DNA from: the human T2T-CHM13v2.0 reference genome, Homo sapiens
DNA: 64,000 bases
Direction: 5' to 3' (one strand)
Assembly: GCF_009914755.1 (NCBI RefSeq)
Contig: NC_060934.1
Part shown: one piece after another, positions 47,101-64,000 of the stretch
Layout: each line of letters starts with the position of its first letter
How positions within the stretch are numbered: position 1 is the stretch's first letter
Notes under the pieces: generated by a model
The model's database searches: none
What the model was told of the DNA's origin: nothing
What the model saw: only the letters and a program-made list of their open reading frames with translations
Made by a program: the position numbers and the translations under genes

Positions 47101-48523
47101 ATATGTAAATTTCGTATTAAACACTCAACTTATTCAGAAGAATATCAGGTAAGTGTAGGTTAAGGCTGTTTTCTATCAGAAATCATTATATGTATATATA
47201 TTCCTCAGTTCTTATGTTGTTTAGTTTTTCTAAAATGTCAAATTTTATAATATATGGAGAAGTATAAATGTATATTAGAAAGATTTTGTTTATTTGTGTA
47301 ATTTGTGGCATAAGAAATATTTGCCTCAAGATTTGGTGCTTGTTTAGGTAGTTGCTGGCATTACTTTTGGAAATGTCAGTAAATTTTCATACTGTCTTGG
47401 AATTTTTTCAATTTTTACATTTTATTAGTAAATGTAATTACAGGTTAGTAAATCACTTATTTGAACCTGTTTCCTTTGAAAGTTTTATATTTTTATTTGG
47501 AAATAGAAAAACCTTAATTTCCTCTCGTTGGGCAGTATGGTGTCAAAAGCTTGGGCTTTGGAGCTTCGTATATAATCTGGGTTCAAATTATAACTTACTA
47601 GTTACTAACTTGGGCAAATTACCCAGTCTTTTTGACTCTCAATTTCTTTGTCTATGAAATGTAATACTATTTAGGATTGTTAGGATTAAATGAGAATATA
47701 TTTGGCATACTGTCTGGTACATGATACTTAACAGGTACTAGTTGTCTACATCTTTCTAACTTAGGATGGATGCCGATGTCTTGGGTAACATCTCAAACTT
47801 TATCAGTAAGGAAGGTGAGAATCTGAAGAAAATGAAACCTTAAAAAGATTGAATTCCTGGACTCCATTTAAAGGAGTAAATAGCTCACGAACAAGACTTG
47901 CTGCTCTGCAAAGTCTTCCATGTTGATCCTGGTCTTTGACTCCTTATCTGTCTGATTAAATTGAATTCGCTGCCGTGGCATCCTTAAAGCTGGACCTTAC
48001 TTTGTCAGTCCTGCCTTCTCCATGTTGCTTTGTGTGTAAGCTTCACTGGACTGTTTGCTTTTTGCTGATTATTTTATGTATTTCCATATGTCTACTTTAG
48101 CCTTTGCTTGGAATGTTCTAACTGCTCTTGTTTCTTCCTCTGTTTACTGGTTTCTGACTTAACTCTTAAGGATTATCTAATATATTACCTACTTGGTGAA
48201 GGTTTATCTGTGTCCCCACAGAATTAATCCTTCCCTCTTTAACTCTTAAGCTATCTTATTTTTTATCTAATCGGGTCTTTGGCACAATTATAGGTCTGTG
48301 TGTCTGTCTTCCCTAATAGAATAGGAAAGCCTTGAGGACAGTAGTCTTTGCTTACTTAGCCTTATATTCTCAGTGCCCCTTGTGCAAAACGTTCAATATA
48401 TGTTTGAATGATTATGTGAATGAAGGAGGGGGCCAGCTGAATTTACTTTAATGATTATGTAACACCCATTTATGTATAGTTATAGACTTGTCTGAAATGA
48501 GTTAAATCCTTTGCAACGTTTGC

Positions 48524-50564
48524 TGCTATGCTTTGAATGTCTCTTACAAAACTCATGTTGAAATTTAATTGCCATTGTAATGGTATTAAGAGATGGAACC
48601 TTTAAGAGGTGATTAGATAATGGTATCTCTATCCTTATGAATGGATTAATGCTGTTTGAATGGTAGTGGATGAGTTATCTTGGGAGTTTGGCCTCCTCCG
48701 TCTCACATGCTTCCTTACCTTCTGCCATGTGGTAACTCAACACAAAGATCCTTGCCAGATGCTGATGCCATGCTCTTGGACTTCCCAGTCTCCAGAACCG
48801 TGAGCCAAATACATTTCTGTTCATTCTAAACTACCTGTTTTGTGGTATTCTAGTAAAGCAACATAAAATTTACTAAGAAAACTGGTACCAAGAGTGTGAT
48901 TGTTGCCATAACAAATACCTGAAAATGTTCAAATGGCTTGGGTTCTGGCTAGAGAAGGATGGAAGAGTTTGGATGAACAGGCTAGAAAAAGCCTGTATTG
49001 CTGAGAATAGAGCATTAAGGACAATTCTGATGAGGATTCAGAAGAAGAGAGCTGTAGGGAAAATCTGGAACTTCTTAGAGAGTTGTCATCAGTTGGTAGA
49101 ACTATAAGTGGTAAAGGTCTTTCTGATGATATCTCAGAAATGAAGAACAAGATACTGGACACTGGAGTAAAGGCCATCCTTGTTAAATAGTTGCAAAGAA
49201 CTTGGCGAAATTATGTTCATATCCTAAGACTTTATGGAATGCAGAATTTAAGAGTGATGAACTAGGATATGCTGCAGAAGAAATAACTCAGCAGCAGAGC
49301 ATTTAGGTTACTGGATGGCTACTTTTAACCACTTAAACTAAGCTGGGGGAAGGGAATGACTTGAAGACAGAATTTATAATTAAAAGAGAGGCAGAATGGA
49401 AATACTTGGAAAATTTGCAGCCTGGCCATAGTAAAGAATGCAAAAGGTATGTTTAGGAGAGCAAACCAAGGGTGTGGTCCAGGAACCATTTGCTGAAGAG
49501 ATTAATATTCCTAGAGGAGACCCAAGGGCTATTTATCAAGACAGTGGAAAAAGACCCCAGAGGCATTTTGGAGATCTTTGAGGCTGCCTGCCCCATCACA
49601 GGCCCAGAGCTCTAGGAGGGCAGAATGGTTTGTGGCTCAGGTGGTCCTTCACAAGCTTGCTGCCCAGGGCTACCTCAGCTCCCCATATTTCAACCCAGTG
49701 GGCCTTGGCTGTCCTAGGTCTGGTTCAGAGGGGCCCAGGTGTGGCTTAGGCTACTGCTGAGTACTCAAATGGTAAACCTTGGCAGCGTCTATATGGTGCT
49801 AATTCTGCAGGCTCACAGGATGAAAGAGCTGTGGGAGACATGGCTACCACCACCAGGATTTCAAAGGATGATGGGGATAGTCTGGGAGAGACTTGCCACA
49901 GGCTTGGAGCCTCTGAAGGGTGGAAATGTGGGTTGGAGTCACTACAGAGAGTCCCTACTAGGGCATTGCATAATGGAGCCATGGCAGCAGGCCCACCACC
50001 AAAGCTTCAGAACTGTAGAGCTACAAGTATACAGTGCCAGCCTGGGAGAACTTCAGGCTTGAGACCCTAACCTGTGAAAGCTGCATGGGCTAAGTACAGC
50101 AAAGCCATGGAGGTGGGGCTTCCCAGGGTCTATTGGGATGAAACGAATGTATTTTGTAGGTGAGAAGGACATGAGTTTTGAGGCCCAGGGGCAGAATGCT
50201 ATGGTTTGGTTGTTTCCTTCAAAACTCATGTTGAAACTTCATTGCCATGTGGCATTATTATGAGGTGGAACCTTTCAGAAGTGGTTACATTATAAGGGCT
50301 TTGCCTTCATTAATGGATTAATGCCATTATTGCAGGTGTGGGTTAGTTATCTCTGGAGTTTGGCCCCCTTTTTCTCTATCATGTGCTCATGCCCTCTTTT
50401 GCCATGTGATGCCTTCTACCATGTTATGATGCATCCAGAAGACTCTCACCACATGCAGCCCCTTGATCTTAGACTTCTCAGCTTCTAGAACTGTGAGTGA
50501 AATAAACTTCTTTTCTTTATAAATTACCCCGTCTGTGGTATTGTATAGCAGCAGAAAATAGACA
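48524..50564 (+). mobile_element. Two-LTR MaLR element (MST-type): 5' LTR 48524-48878, internal region, 3' LTR 50197-50564
   Basis: Both LTRs start TGCTATG...AAAACTCATGTTGAAA and share GACTTC(C/T)CAG...AGAAC(C/T)GTGAG. The internal region starts AAACTGGTACC, with a purine-rich tract before the 3' LTR. Confidence 0.85.
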
Positions 50565-52619
50565 TCAGCCTGAAGTTCCCCCAGGCTGGCATTAAATACT
50601 AATTATTAATTAGTATTTATAGTGCAAGGATAAATTCAAGTTTAGCCCTGGTTAGAATGACCACATTTCAAGGGAGGGGCTTTGTACTTCTGTGCATATC
50701 TGTAAGGATAAAAATCTTAATACTATTCTCACTGAAATTAATGGTTTAGGTTAGGTAAGGTTGTTAGTGCTAATAATTATTTCTTTTAATAAAATATTCT
50801 TAGTTGCGTTGTTCAAAAAACATAGATGATTTGAATTTATATTTTTTGGCCAAAATATATTTATAATTTTGAGTAGGAATTCCAGAGTATTGGTAGCTAT
50901 AACCACTTTGGGTTCCCTGCCATTGCTTCTGGTGCCTCATTTTTTCTGACGTCTTCCATTTTCTTACATTTGTCTTCTAAGGTGGAGTTAAGATTACTCA
51001 GTTAAGATTATTTCACTTTAGGCCTCTGCTGTCTTCTGCTTTTTTTTTTAAAATGAATGGATATAATATCCCAATACATTTTGATAATTGAACAACAGCT
51101 ACATTTTTAAGTGAGGCTACTTTCTTCTAATTTTTTAAATTTATTTTTCTCAGTTTTTAAAAAAAATGTCAGATTGGCTAAGAGTTGGGGCAGCTTTCTT
51201 ATGTGAGAGTAGTAGATGACAGCAAATATTTGTGATGTTAAAATGATAATCCTAATAGTTTTCTTTTAGAATCTTTATAATAAAAACCCTTTGAGGCTGA
51301 GGGTGAATTTGTATGTTCCTAAAGTGACAAAAAATGTTCTTGGGGCATAGTAATTTAAATCTTAGATGCTTTTATTAGTATAATTTTTTGGTAGAAATTT
51401 GGCATTAAAAAATGCATACAGAGCTTTTTCTACATACAGGGCAAGACAGCATTTTGTCATGGCAATTAGTAAATAGATAATTATAAAACATCTAATTTTA
51501 AGCAATTTGTTACAGAAACGATACAGGTACATTGTGGCAAAAATAGAAGATACAAAACAAGCAAATATGAGAAAAAATATACATGCCACCACCTATATAT
51601 GACTTTTAGTACTTTATAATCTTTTGTCTATATATGTCTATATGGATATATACGTATTCTTTTTATCCAAATGGTATTACATTGTACATTCTGTTTTGAA
51701 ACCTGCCTTTTTTAGTCATTTACATCTACTTTTCCATCTCAGTAACTTTTCATCTTGTGTAATGCCCGGATCACATTAAAATGTTTCCAATTAGCTCAAA
51801 AATGTCCTTTATGGCTGGTTTGGCTAAAACAGTATCCAGGCCAGCATTGCACCTATGAAATTGGCTGTTAGGAATCTTGTATCTTTAAAAATCAAGGGCA
51901 GCAACCCATCCTCCCGCTTCCCCCACCTCCCACCACCCCCCCACCTTTTTTTTTTCTTAAAGATACTGGCTTGTTGAAGAGAGAATGGGTCATGTCCTAC
52001 AAACTGTCTGAATTTGTCCAGTTTGCTGTCTCATAGTGTCATTTAGCTTGTTTTATCCTATGTATTTCCTGCAAATTAAAATTTGTATCTGAATCCTTGG
52101 TGGATTTGAGTTGAAGATCCTTAACCATCATAGATGATGCTGTGTCCTTTATATTGCATGTCAGAAGTTACATGATCTTTACTTGATTCATGATGAGGAG
52201 ATGGCCACTGAAATTGGACAGTGACAGTCTTTTCTGCCCATTGTTCAATTATATTCGTCTCTTTACATTAGAAAGTATTTTGGGTAGTAGTATTTTGGTG
52301 CTGTAAGAAAGTTCATTTTCTCATCAACCACTCACCTATTGGTTTAACACCATTTGTTGATCTTTGAGTATATCAGTAATTTCATCAGGGTTTGCAAAAT
52401 AAGACTTTAAATTCTATTGTTTTACATTATTAATTGATGTTTTTTGATAAGGTAGAACTTGTGAAATGGGACTATTTGTTTGTCTTTAAATACAGTCTCT
52501 ATAGGAAAGACAAAATAAATACTTAAATCTCACTCTTTACCATTTTTCAAAGTGAAGAACTATTCCGTTAACCACCTCAAAAGATGATAAATAAAAAGGG
52601 TATTTTTAGTTGTTTCAAC

Positions 52620-52908
52620 TTTTTTTTTTTTTTTGAGATGGGGTCTTACTCTGTTGCCCAGGCTGGTGTGCTGTGGTGCAATCATGGTACACCGAAGCCT
52701 CAGTCTCCCTGGGCTCAGATGATTCTCCCACCTCAGCCTGGGACTAAAGGTGTACACCACCATGGCCAGCCAATTTTTTTGTATTTTTTGTAGAGATGGG
52801 GTTTTGCCATATTGCCCAGCCTAGCCTCAAACTCCTGGGCTGAAGGAATCCACCCATCTCAGCCTCCCAAAGTGCTAGGATTACAGACGTGACCAACAAT
52901 ATCCGGCC
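52620..52908 (-). mobile_element. AluJ-type SINE
   Basis: Antisense diverged Alu with poly(T). Confidence 0.9.
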
Positions 52909-53435
52909 TTAACTTTTTTCTTTTGAGTGTCTTTATAGACTCAAGAACTTTTATTTAATTCAGGGTGTTAGTACCATTTAAATGTTTTCTTTGATGCTCA
53001 GATTATCACAGCTAGTCATTTGGACCTTTATACCACCTCCTATGTCCATTTGATATAGGCCATTAATCTCTATAAGCCTTCCTCCTTCTCTTGGAATGAA
53101 AAGGTATCCTAGGCTCACCTGTACCTTCCCTACTCCAGACCTGGCATTAAGTCTTTTTCCAAGGAGTTTGGTACCTTTTAGTTTATTATGATATTAGAGA
53201 TGAAAATCTGTGTTCTAGGAATGTTTATTACTGCTAGAGTGATGTTGCTTTTAGGCCATTTCAGAGAAAAGACCTAGAAAACAGATTTTTACAAACATGA
53301 ATTCATACTGATATTTTTAGTTTTTTACATGATTTCTTGATTTTACAATATTATCTGCTTTCTTAACTTAAAATTATGAACCTTAAAGTCATTAGCATAA
53401 CTTCTTTGCTTATTTCTACAACATAAAGAAAATAG

Positions 53436-53877
53436 TCCTGGTGCGGTGGCTCACACTGTAATCCCAGCACTTTGGGAGATTGAGGCAGGTGGATTGCTTG
53501 AGCTCAGGAGTTCAAGACCAACCTGGGCAACATGATGAAACCTTGTCTTTACAAAAAATTAGCTGGGCATGGTGGCATGTGCTTGTATTCCCAGCTACTC
53601 AGGAGGCTGAGGTGGGAGGATCACCTGAGCCCAGGAGGTCAAGGCTCTAGTGAGCCATGATCATGCCACCACACTCCAGCCTGGGTGACAAAGTGAGACC
53701 CTGTTTCAGGGGGAAAAAAAAGATAAAATAGTTTGAGGAGGCTGGATGTAGTGGCTCATGCATGTCATCCTGGCACTTTGGGAGGTCAAGGTGGGAGGAT
53801 GGCTTGAGCCCAGGAGTTTGAGACCAGCCTGTGCCACATCATGAGACCTGGTCTCTATTTAAAAAAAAAAAAAAAAG
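53436..53877 (+). mobile_element. AluJ (53436-53720) followed by FLAM (53740-53877)
   Basis: Alu motifs. FLAM TSD AAAATAGTTTGAGGA at 53725 and 53878. Confidence 0.88.
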
Positions 53878-54899
53878 AAAATAGTTTGAGGATATCAATA
53901 ATGATATTACTAGAATCAGTAAAACTACCAAAAGAAGTTTAAAGTTTCTTCCTAGTGTTTTTTTGTTCTTAGAATACTTCCTACCAAGAAGTGCAGTAAA
54001 AGTGCAGTGTCCAAATAGCCCTTGTAACAAAACCTTTCTCTTTCTCCTGGGTGCCAATTTGACATTTAATCAGTTTTGTTTCTAGCAGTGTTCAATTTAT
54101 TAGATTATAAGTCTTTTTTTTCTTTATATTATTCTAAGATCAAAAATATATAAAGATATACACAGGAGTCCTGCTGCTACCTGTTCTTGCTATGCTTTTC
54201 CCCTTTTCTTCCCTTTCTCTGTGAAGCAGCCATTTTTATTAGTTTCTTGTTTATCACTCATGCATGCATATGTTTATTGAGGATGTTGACATTCAAGCAA
54301 ATATATGGGTTAACATTCTTTTTGTCATCCCTATACGAAAGATATACCCAGTATACTCTATTGGGTGGGTTTTTTTCCTTAAAATATTCAGTAGATCTCT
54401 CCAGTTAGCACATAGTTATCTTATAGATAGAACATATACATATAACCTTTTCTTAAACTATGCTATTAAAATAATAGCTTTCAGTAACTTGATAATTATT
54501 TTTGGATTGAAAATACTACTGAAATCAACTCAATCATGTGAAAGCTGCAGAAAGAAAAAGACCTAGAAAAAGGGCATTGGATTAGGTCAACTTTGAATTT
54601 TATTTGGAAGATAAATGAGTCCAGAAGTGAGTGGGCAGAGATTATTGGAGTTGGTCTTGAAATGAGGCGTTAGGCAGATTGACTGGGCTGGTGTGAAAGG
54701 TCTGTCAGAAAATCATGAGATTAGATTGAGGTACCTCAAAAAATGAGAGCTGGTATGATGAGTGGGTAAGAATCATAAAAGCGTAGAGTGTTGATGATTT
54801 TTATAGTTTATAAATGGTTCTTGTGTGTAGAGTTTTGTTTTTATGCTAGCTATAGTCTGTAACATAATTCACTATAATGGGCATGCTAAATATCCATGA

Positions 54900-55322
54900 C
54901 AGTTGACCCTTGAACAACACAGAGGGTAGGGGCGCCTACCCCTGTGCAGTTGAAAATTCACATGTAACTTTTGACTCCCCAAAACTTAATATTTAGCCTA
55001 TACTTGACTAGAAGTCTTACTGATGACATAATGTTCGTTAATACATATTTTATATATGTGTCAGATAGCATATTTGTATAATAAAGTAAGCTGCAGGAAA
55101 AATATTAAAATCATAAAGAAGAGAAAATATACTTACTATTCATTAAGTGGAAGTGGATCCTCATAAAGGTCTTCATCCTCACTGCCTTCACTTTGAGTAG
55201 GCCGAGGAGTAGGAGAGAGAGGAAAGGTCAGACTTGCTGTCTCATGGGTGGCAGAGGTAGAAGAAGGTCCACATACAAGTGGTCCGACACAGCTCAAACC
55301 GGTTTTGTTCATTGGCCAACTG
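54900..55322. mobile_element. Tigger2a/MER28-like DNA transposon
   Basis: TIRs CAGTTGACCCTTGAACAA (54900) and TTGTTCATTGGCCAACTG (to 55322), followed by TA. Confidence 0.82.
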
Positions 55323-55913
55323 TAGTTTGATTGAAAGTAATAATAAATGAAGTTTCTGCCTCAGTTCAGTATTATCAAGTCATAGATAGCAAGGGCTGGA
55401 AGAAACCTTAGTAGTAATCTCTTTGAGTCTAATTATCATGTAGAATAGGAAATTGCGGTCTAGAAAGGTTAAGTGACTTGTCCAAATTACACAACTAGTT
55501 AGAGACATAGCCAGCTCTTAAATCTGACTTCCAGATTTTCACTGTGTCTTCTTTTTTCTGTAACGTGTTGCCTTTTTTAGCCATGAAAAATTAGAAGTTG
55601 AACTCTTGTCTTTTCAGGCAGGTGTCAATTTTGGGGTTTTGTTTTGATTTTTGGTTTTTGACATAAAGTACTTTAGTTCTGTGATGTATAAACCGTGAGT
55701 TTCTGTTTTTCTCATATACCTGAATACTGTCCATGTGGAAGTTACCTTTTATCTTTACCAGTATTAACACATAAATGGTTATACATAAATACATTGACCA
55801 CCTTTTATTACTCCAGCTATAGTGGGGAAAACTTTCTTTTCATAACTAGCTAATGTTTTAAAAAGTATTCTTTTAGTTTGATTGCTGCATATTTCAGATA
55901 TTTCTTTCCTTAA

Positions 55914-56012
<99 letters not shown>

Positions 56013-56626
56013 TAAGAATGCTTTGATTTTCTATTTCAAATATTGATGTTTATATTCATGTTGTGTTTTCATTTAGAAAAGATTTCTAAGCCACAGAAAA
56101 AGATACTTTGTGATGTAAACTATTATTGTAGTGCTCTATAATCATTTTTTGGCTTACCGTACCTAATGGACTTCAGGGGGATACAGTTCATTTGATAAGA
56201 ACTGACCTTATACATTACATAATCAGGTACTTATGTGATATCATTTCCTGGACTCCATAAAATGCTGGTCACCAGGTTTAATACCTGGATTCCATTACAG
56301 TGTGATTTTTGTCTTATTTCATAGTTGGGGATTAGGCTTAAAATCCTAGAGTGGATTTATTCAGTTAAATTTATTCACACTAAGATGTAGATGACTAATA
56401 CTGTATATTTTTATGTAGACCAAATTTTAAGGTACCACTGTGCATATGTATACCAACTACCTGAAGAAGTATTTGGTTGGTACAAGAGATATAGAAAGGA
56501 ATCGCTGGGTGTACCAAGGCTAATCAGTTTTATAATTTTGCATAATTTTCTAACTGCGATTATCATTTAGTTTAGAACAATTTATTTCTCAAGGCCCATG
56601 TAAATATTATTTTTAAAATATACAGT

Positions 56627-56894
56627 CTTAAGAATTCATGGCATATTTTATGAAAGGAGGAATTCATGTCTGATGTGCAAATAGTCTTAACATATTTTCT
56701 AATTTCAGAGCAAAAATATATATGTATGAATAAATTAACTGTAAATTGTCAGTAGGAACCTTAAGAATTCGTGGCGTATTTTATGAAAGGAATTCATGTC
56801 TGATGTGCAAATAGTCTTAACATATTTGCTAATTTCAGAGCAAAAATATATGTGTATTAATAAATCAACTGTAAATTGTCAGTAAGAACCTTAA
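56627..56894. repeat. ~133-bp tandem duplication (2 copies) in PTEN intron 2
   Basis: Units start CTTAAGAATTC at 56627 and 56760; about 7 substitutions and one 3-nt indel. Confidence 0.95.
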
Positions 56895-56916
56895 TGGCTT
56901 TAAAAGTTAAAATTTC

Positions 56917-57056
56917 AGGTCAAGCATTGTGGTGTGCTCCTGTAGTCCCAGCTACTTGGGAGGCTGAGGTGGGAGGATCACTTGGCTTGAACCCCCAGGT
57001 AGAGGGTAGAGGCCAGTCTGGGTAACACAGCGAGAACCCATCTCTTAAAAAAAAAG
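56917..57056 (+). mobile_element. Alu monomer (FRAM/FLAM-like)
   Basis: TGTAGTCCCAGCTACTTGGGAGGCTGAGGTGGGAGGATCAC, short A tail. Confidence 0.75.
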
Positions 57057-58866
57057 TTTAAGTTGTGGATTATTTCCTTTACACTCTTTCATTAGTATCT
57101 TTCCTGGAGACTTTCAATTTAAATACTTGGTGCTTATGACAATTAGATGTTAAAATGGATGGGAAAGTACTTTGTAACTTATAAAGCATTATGCAGATGT
57201 AGACTCCTTTTATAATAGTTGTGTAAGTATATAAGACAACCTACATTCTTCATGAGCTAGCCATAAGTTTTAGCAACTTGCTTTGAACCACGGTAGATTT
57301 ACAATTTTCTGTAGTATTGAGTTGTGTTCATTTAGAATTTTGTAATATTTATATTGAAAATCAAATTTTTGTACCTACAAAAACTACAAAAAATCCCCCT
57401 AGTTTTTATAGTTTCTATTAAAATTATAGCTGGTACATAGGGATGCCAGAAGGACTGTTTAAGAAGCTGAAAATAGAGAAATGAATTTATCTTCTCATAG
57501 TTAGGCAGGGCACAGTAGAAGGATGCTTAACATTGCAAGCTGATGGGAACAGCAGGTTGATATAGCTTGTGATAACACTTCTAAAGAAAAAGCAATGAGC
57601 CATAGAAAAAAGAAAAAGATACATTTTGAATTAAGGAAGATGGTGAATCTGGGAAGTGAGCAGTACAGTCACCAGACGTGTATCCTCTCCTATGGTACAG
57701 AAGTGTTTATTGGGTCTCTTTATGGCCTGCATGATATATCCCACAAGATGACCTACTTCACATTATTTTAATTCTGTATTCAACTAAGCACTAATTCAAC
57801 CCAGCCAGATTAGTACTCATACCAAAAAAGAGTGAATACTCTGAATAGAGGGCAGGTTTTCTGATTATGGTGAGAATATCTTTGTGGTAAATTAATCTGG
57901 TGTGCTAGTTTTTACGTTGGTCTCTTCTCAGTGTCGTTAGTCACTGAGGCTGATTGATCATCTTTTAGGTTACTGATAAAGTTCCTGTACAGCTGATTTT
58001 CAGACCTTAGATTGCAATAACTTCACCAAGAAAATACTTCATTGGGAAGCATTTTGGTCCTTCCATTTGATTCATAACTCTTACCTTTATGCCTCTGAAG
58101 GAAAAGATTTATACATTCAGCTTGTAATTAGTAATCAAGACTGAGGTTTAGTCTATCTAGCTTCACAATCTATCTAGTTTGTTTTGTCTAGCCATATGAT
58201 TTCTTCAAATATGCCATTTCTTAAAAAAAAATGTTTTATGTATCCCGATTAATATTTAGCCAGTGGTTCTTTTAGCCGATGGATCTTGTCACCTCTTATG
58301 ATACTATTAATAGCATGTCAACATGAAGAATTATCTGCTGAATATAATAGCTATGCTGTCCTTGTTTCCTTTTGTCTCATTCTTTTTTGATTGGGGGATA
58401 ATTGGCCAATAAAGCTTTGATAGCCTCTATTGCCCAGGCCCCTCCTCTTCTTTTATGAGAGAAAGGATGAACAGTGACCAGAAATAAAGGTATTGTTTTT
58501 TTCTATCAACTAAAATGGAAATAAATAATTCCTAAGTAATTTGCCTGTTAGGATTAAAGTCTCCAAGAGAATGGCTGTGCCTAGTACCTAAGTGATTAAT
58601 TTCCTTGATTGGTTCACATTATATTGAGGATATTAGTAATCAGTAGTGATTCCTTTTTTGGTTCAAAGATGATAGTGTCACAGTGAAAAATGTTTTTAAA
58701 ATTTTTGTATACTTAATTTTTCTGTTAACGAAAGTATTTTCAGTTGGATTTTTGTTTGCCCTCTCTATTAGAATGCCCAAAGAATATTTAAAATTTTCCT
58801 TTTCTCTTATACTGCATATTTTTCCTGTGATTTTTCCCCAAACGGAAAATACTCTGCAGAGATTAG

Positions 58867-59248
<382 letters not shown>

Positions 59249-59706
59249 TGATCAGTATTATTTAACTTTGAGGGATATGATTTGTTATGGAATGCGAAGT
59301 TTTATACTTGAGGTACTCAGAGTCCTTTTGAGACAAATATTTAACTTCTCCTTTTGAGGTTACCGCCTACGATTGGGAATTAATGTAAAAAATAAGCCAA
59401 AAGAAAGTGAGGGAAAAGTGAACCAAGCTGTAATTTTTTTACTCTTTTTTATTGTTGTTGTTATTGTTGCTGTTTTTTACTATCTTGATTGCAACAGTTT
59501 GGCTTATATATATAGCATTTGGAATTGACAGTAAGAAAGCCACATCTCATAGAAGCTAACTATTCCCAAATTGTTTTTTTCTTCTTTTCCTCTTACTACT
59601 GCTGTTTTCCTCCTTTCTTGCTGCTAAGCTCTTGTCCTGACATGCTGGTAATATGAAACAGTGTTTTATTCAGATAATTGATTATTCTGTAATATGTATG
59701 TTAATC

Positions 59707-64000
<4,294 letters not shown>

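Noticed and set aside
49578-50070. ORFs in the MST internal region
   Set aside because: Short, degenerate MaLR internal sequence with no recognisable intact gag/pol.

Overview
This is human genomic DNA from the PTEN/KLLN locus (10q23), recognised from the translated sequences. It contains a processed cofilin-1 pseudogene (CFL1P1, ~5.7-6.7 kb) and a repeat-rich upstream region with Alu, L1, MaLR LTR, Tigger, hAT and MIR elements plus two PPRE-like DR1 sites. The intronless KLLN ORF lies on the minus strand (23854-24390). It shares a CpG-island bidirectional promoter with PTEN, carrying a p53 response element and EGR1 and USF sites. The PTEN 5' leader has several uORFs, including the 31-aa MP31/MLDHR micropeptide, and in-frame non-AUG starts (PTEN-L/alpha, M/beta, N, O/epsilon). 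PTEN coding exons 1 (26372-26450) and 2 (55927-56011) are separated by a 29.5-kb U12-type minor-spliceosome intron. A long antisense L1PA in intron 2 runs off the window end. I found no wholly new gene system. The most unusual sequence-level signals are: a perfect 41-bp inverted repeat at 10698-10806; a ~220-bp inverted duplication inside an MLT LTR; an L1 carrying an LTR-derived 3' transduction; frameshifts shared by three separate L1 copies (possible local gene conversion); and a 45-aa uORF with a Tat-like RRRQRRR motif. Repeat subfamily names and literature matches come from recall of consensus sequences, not from any search.
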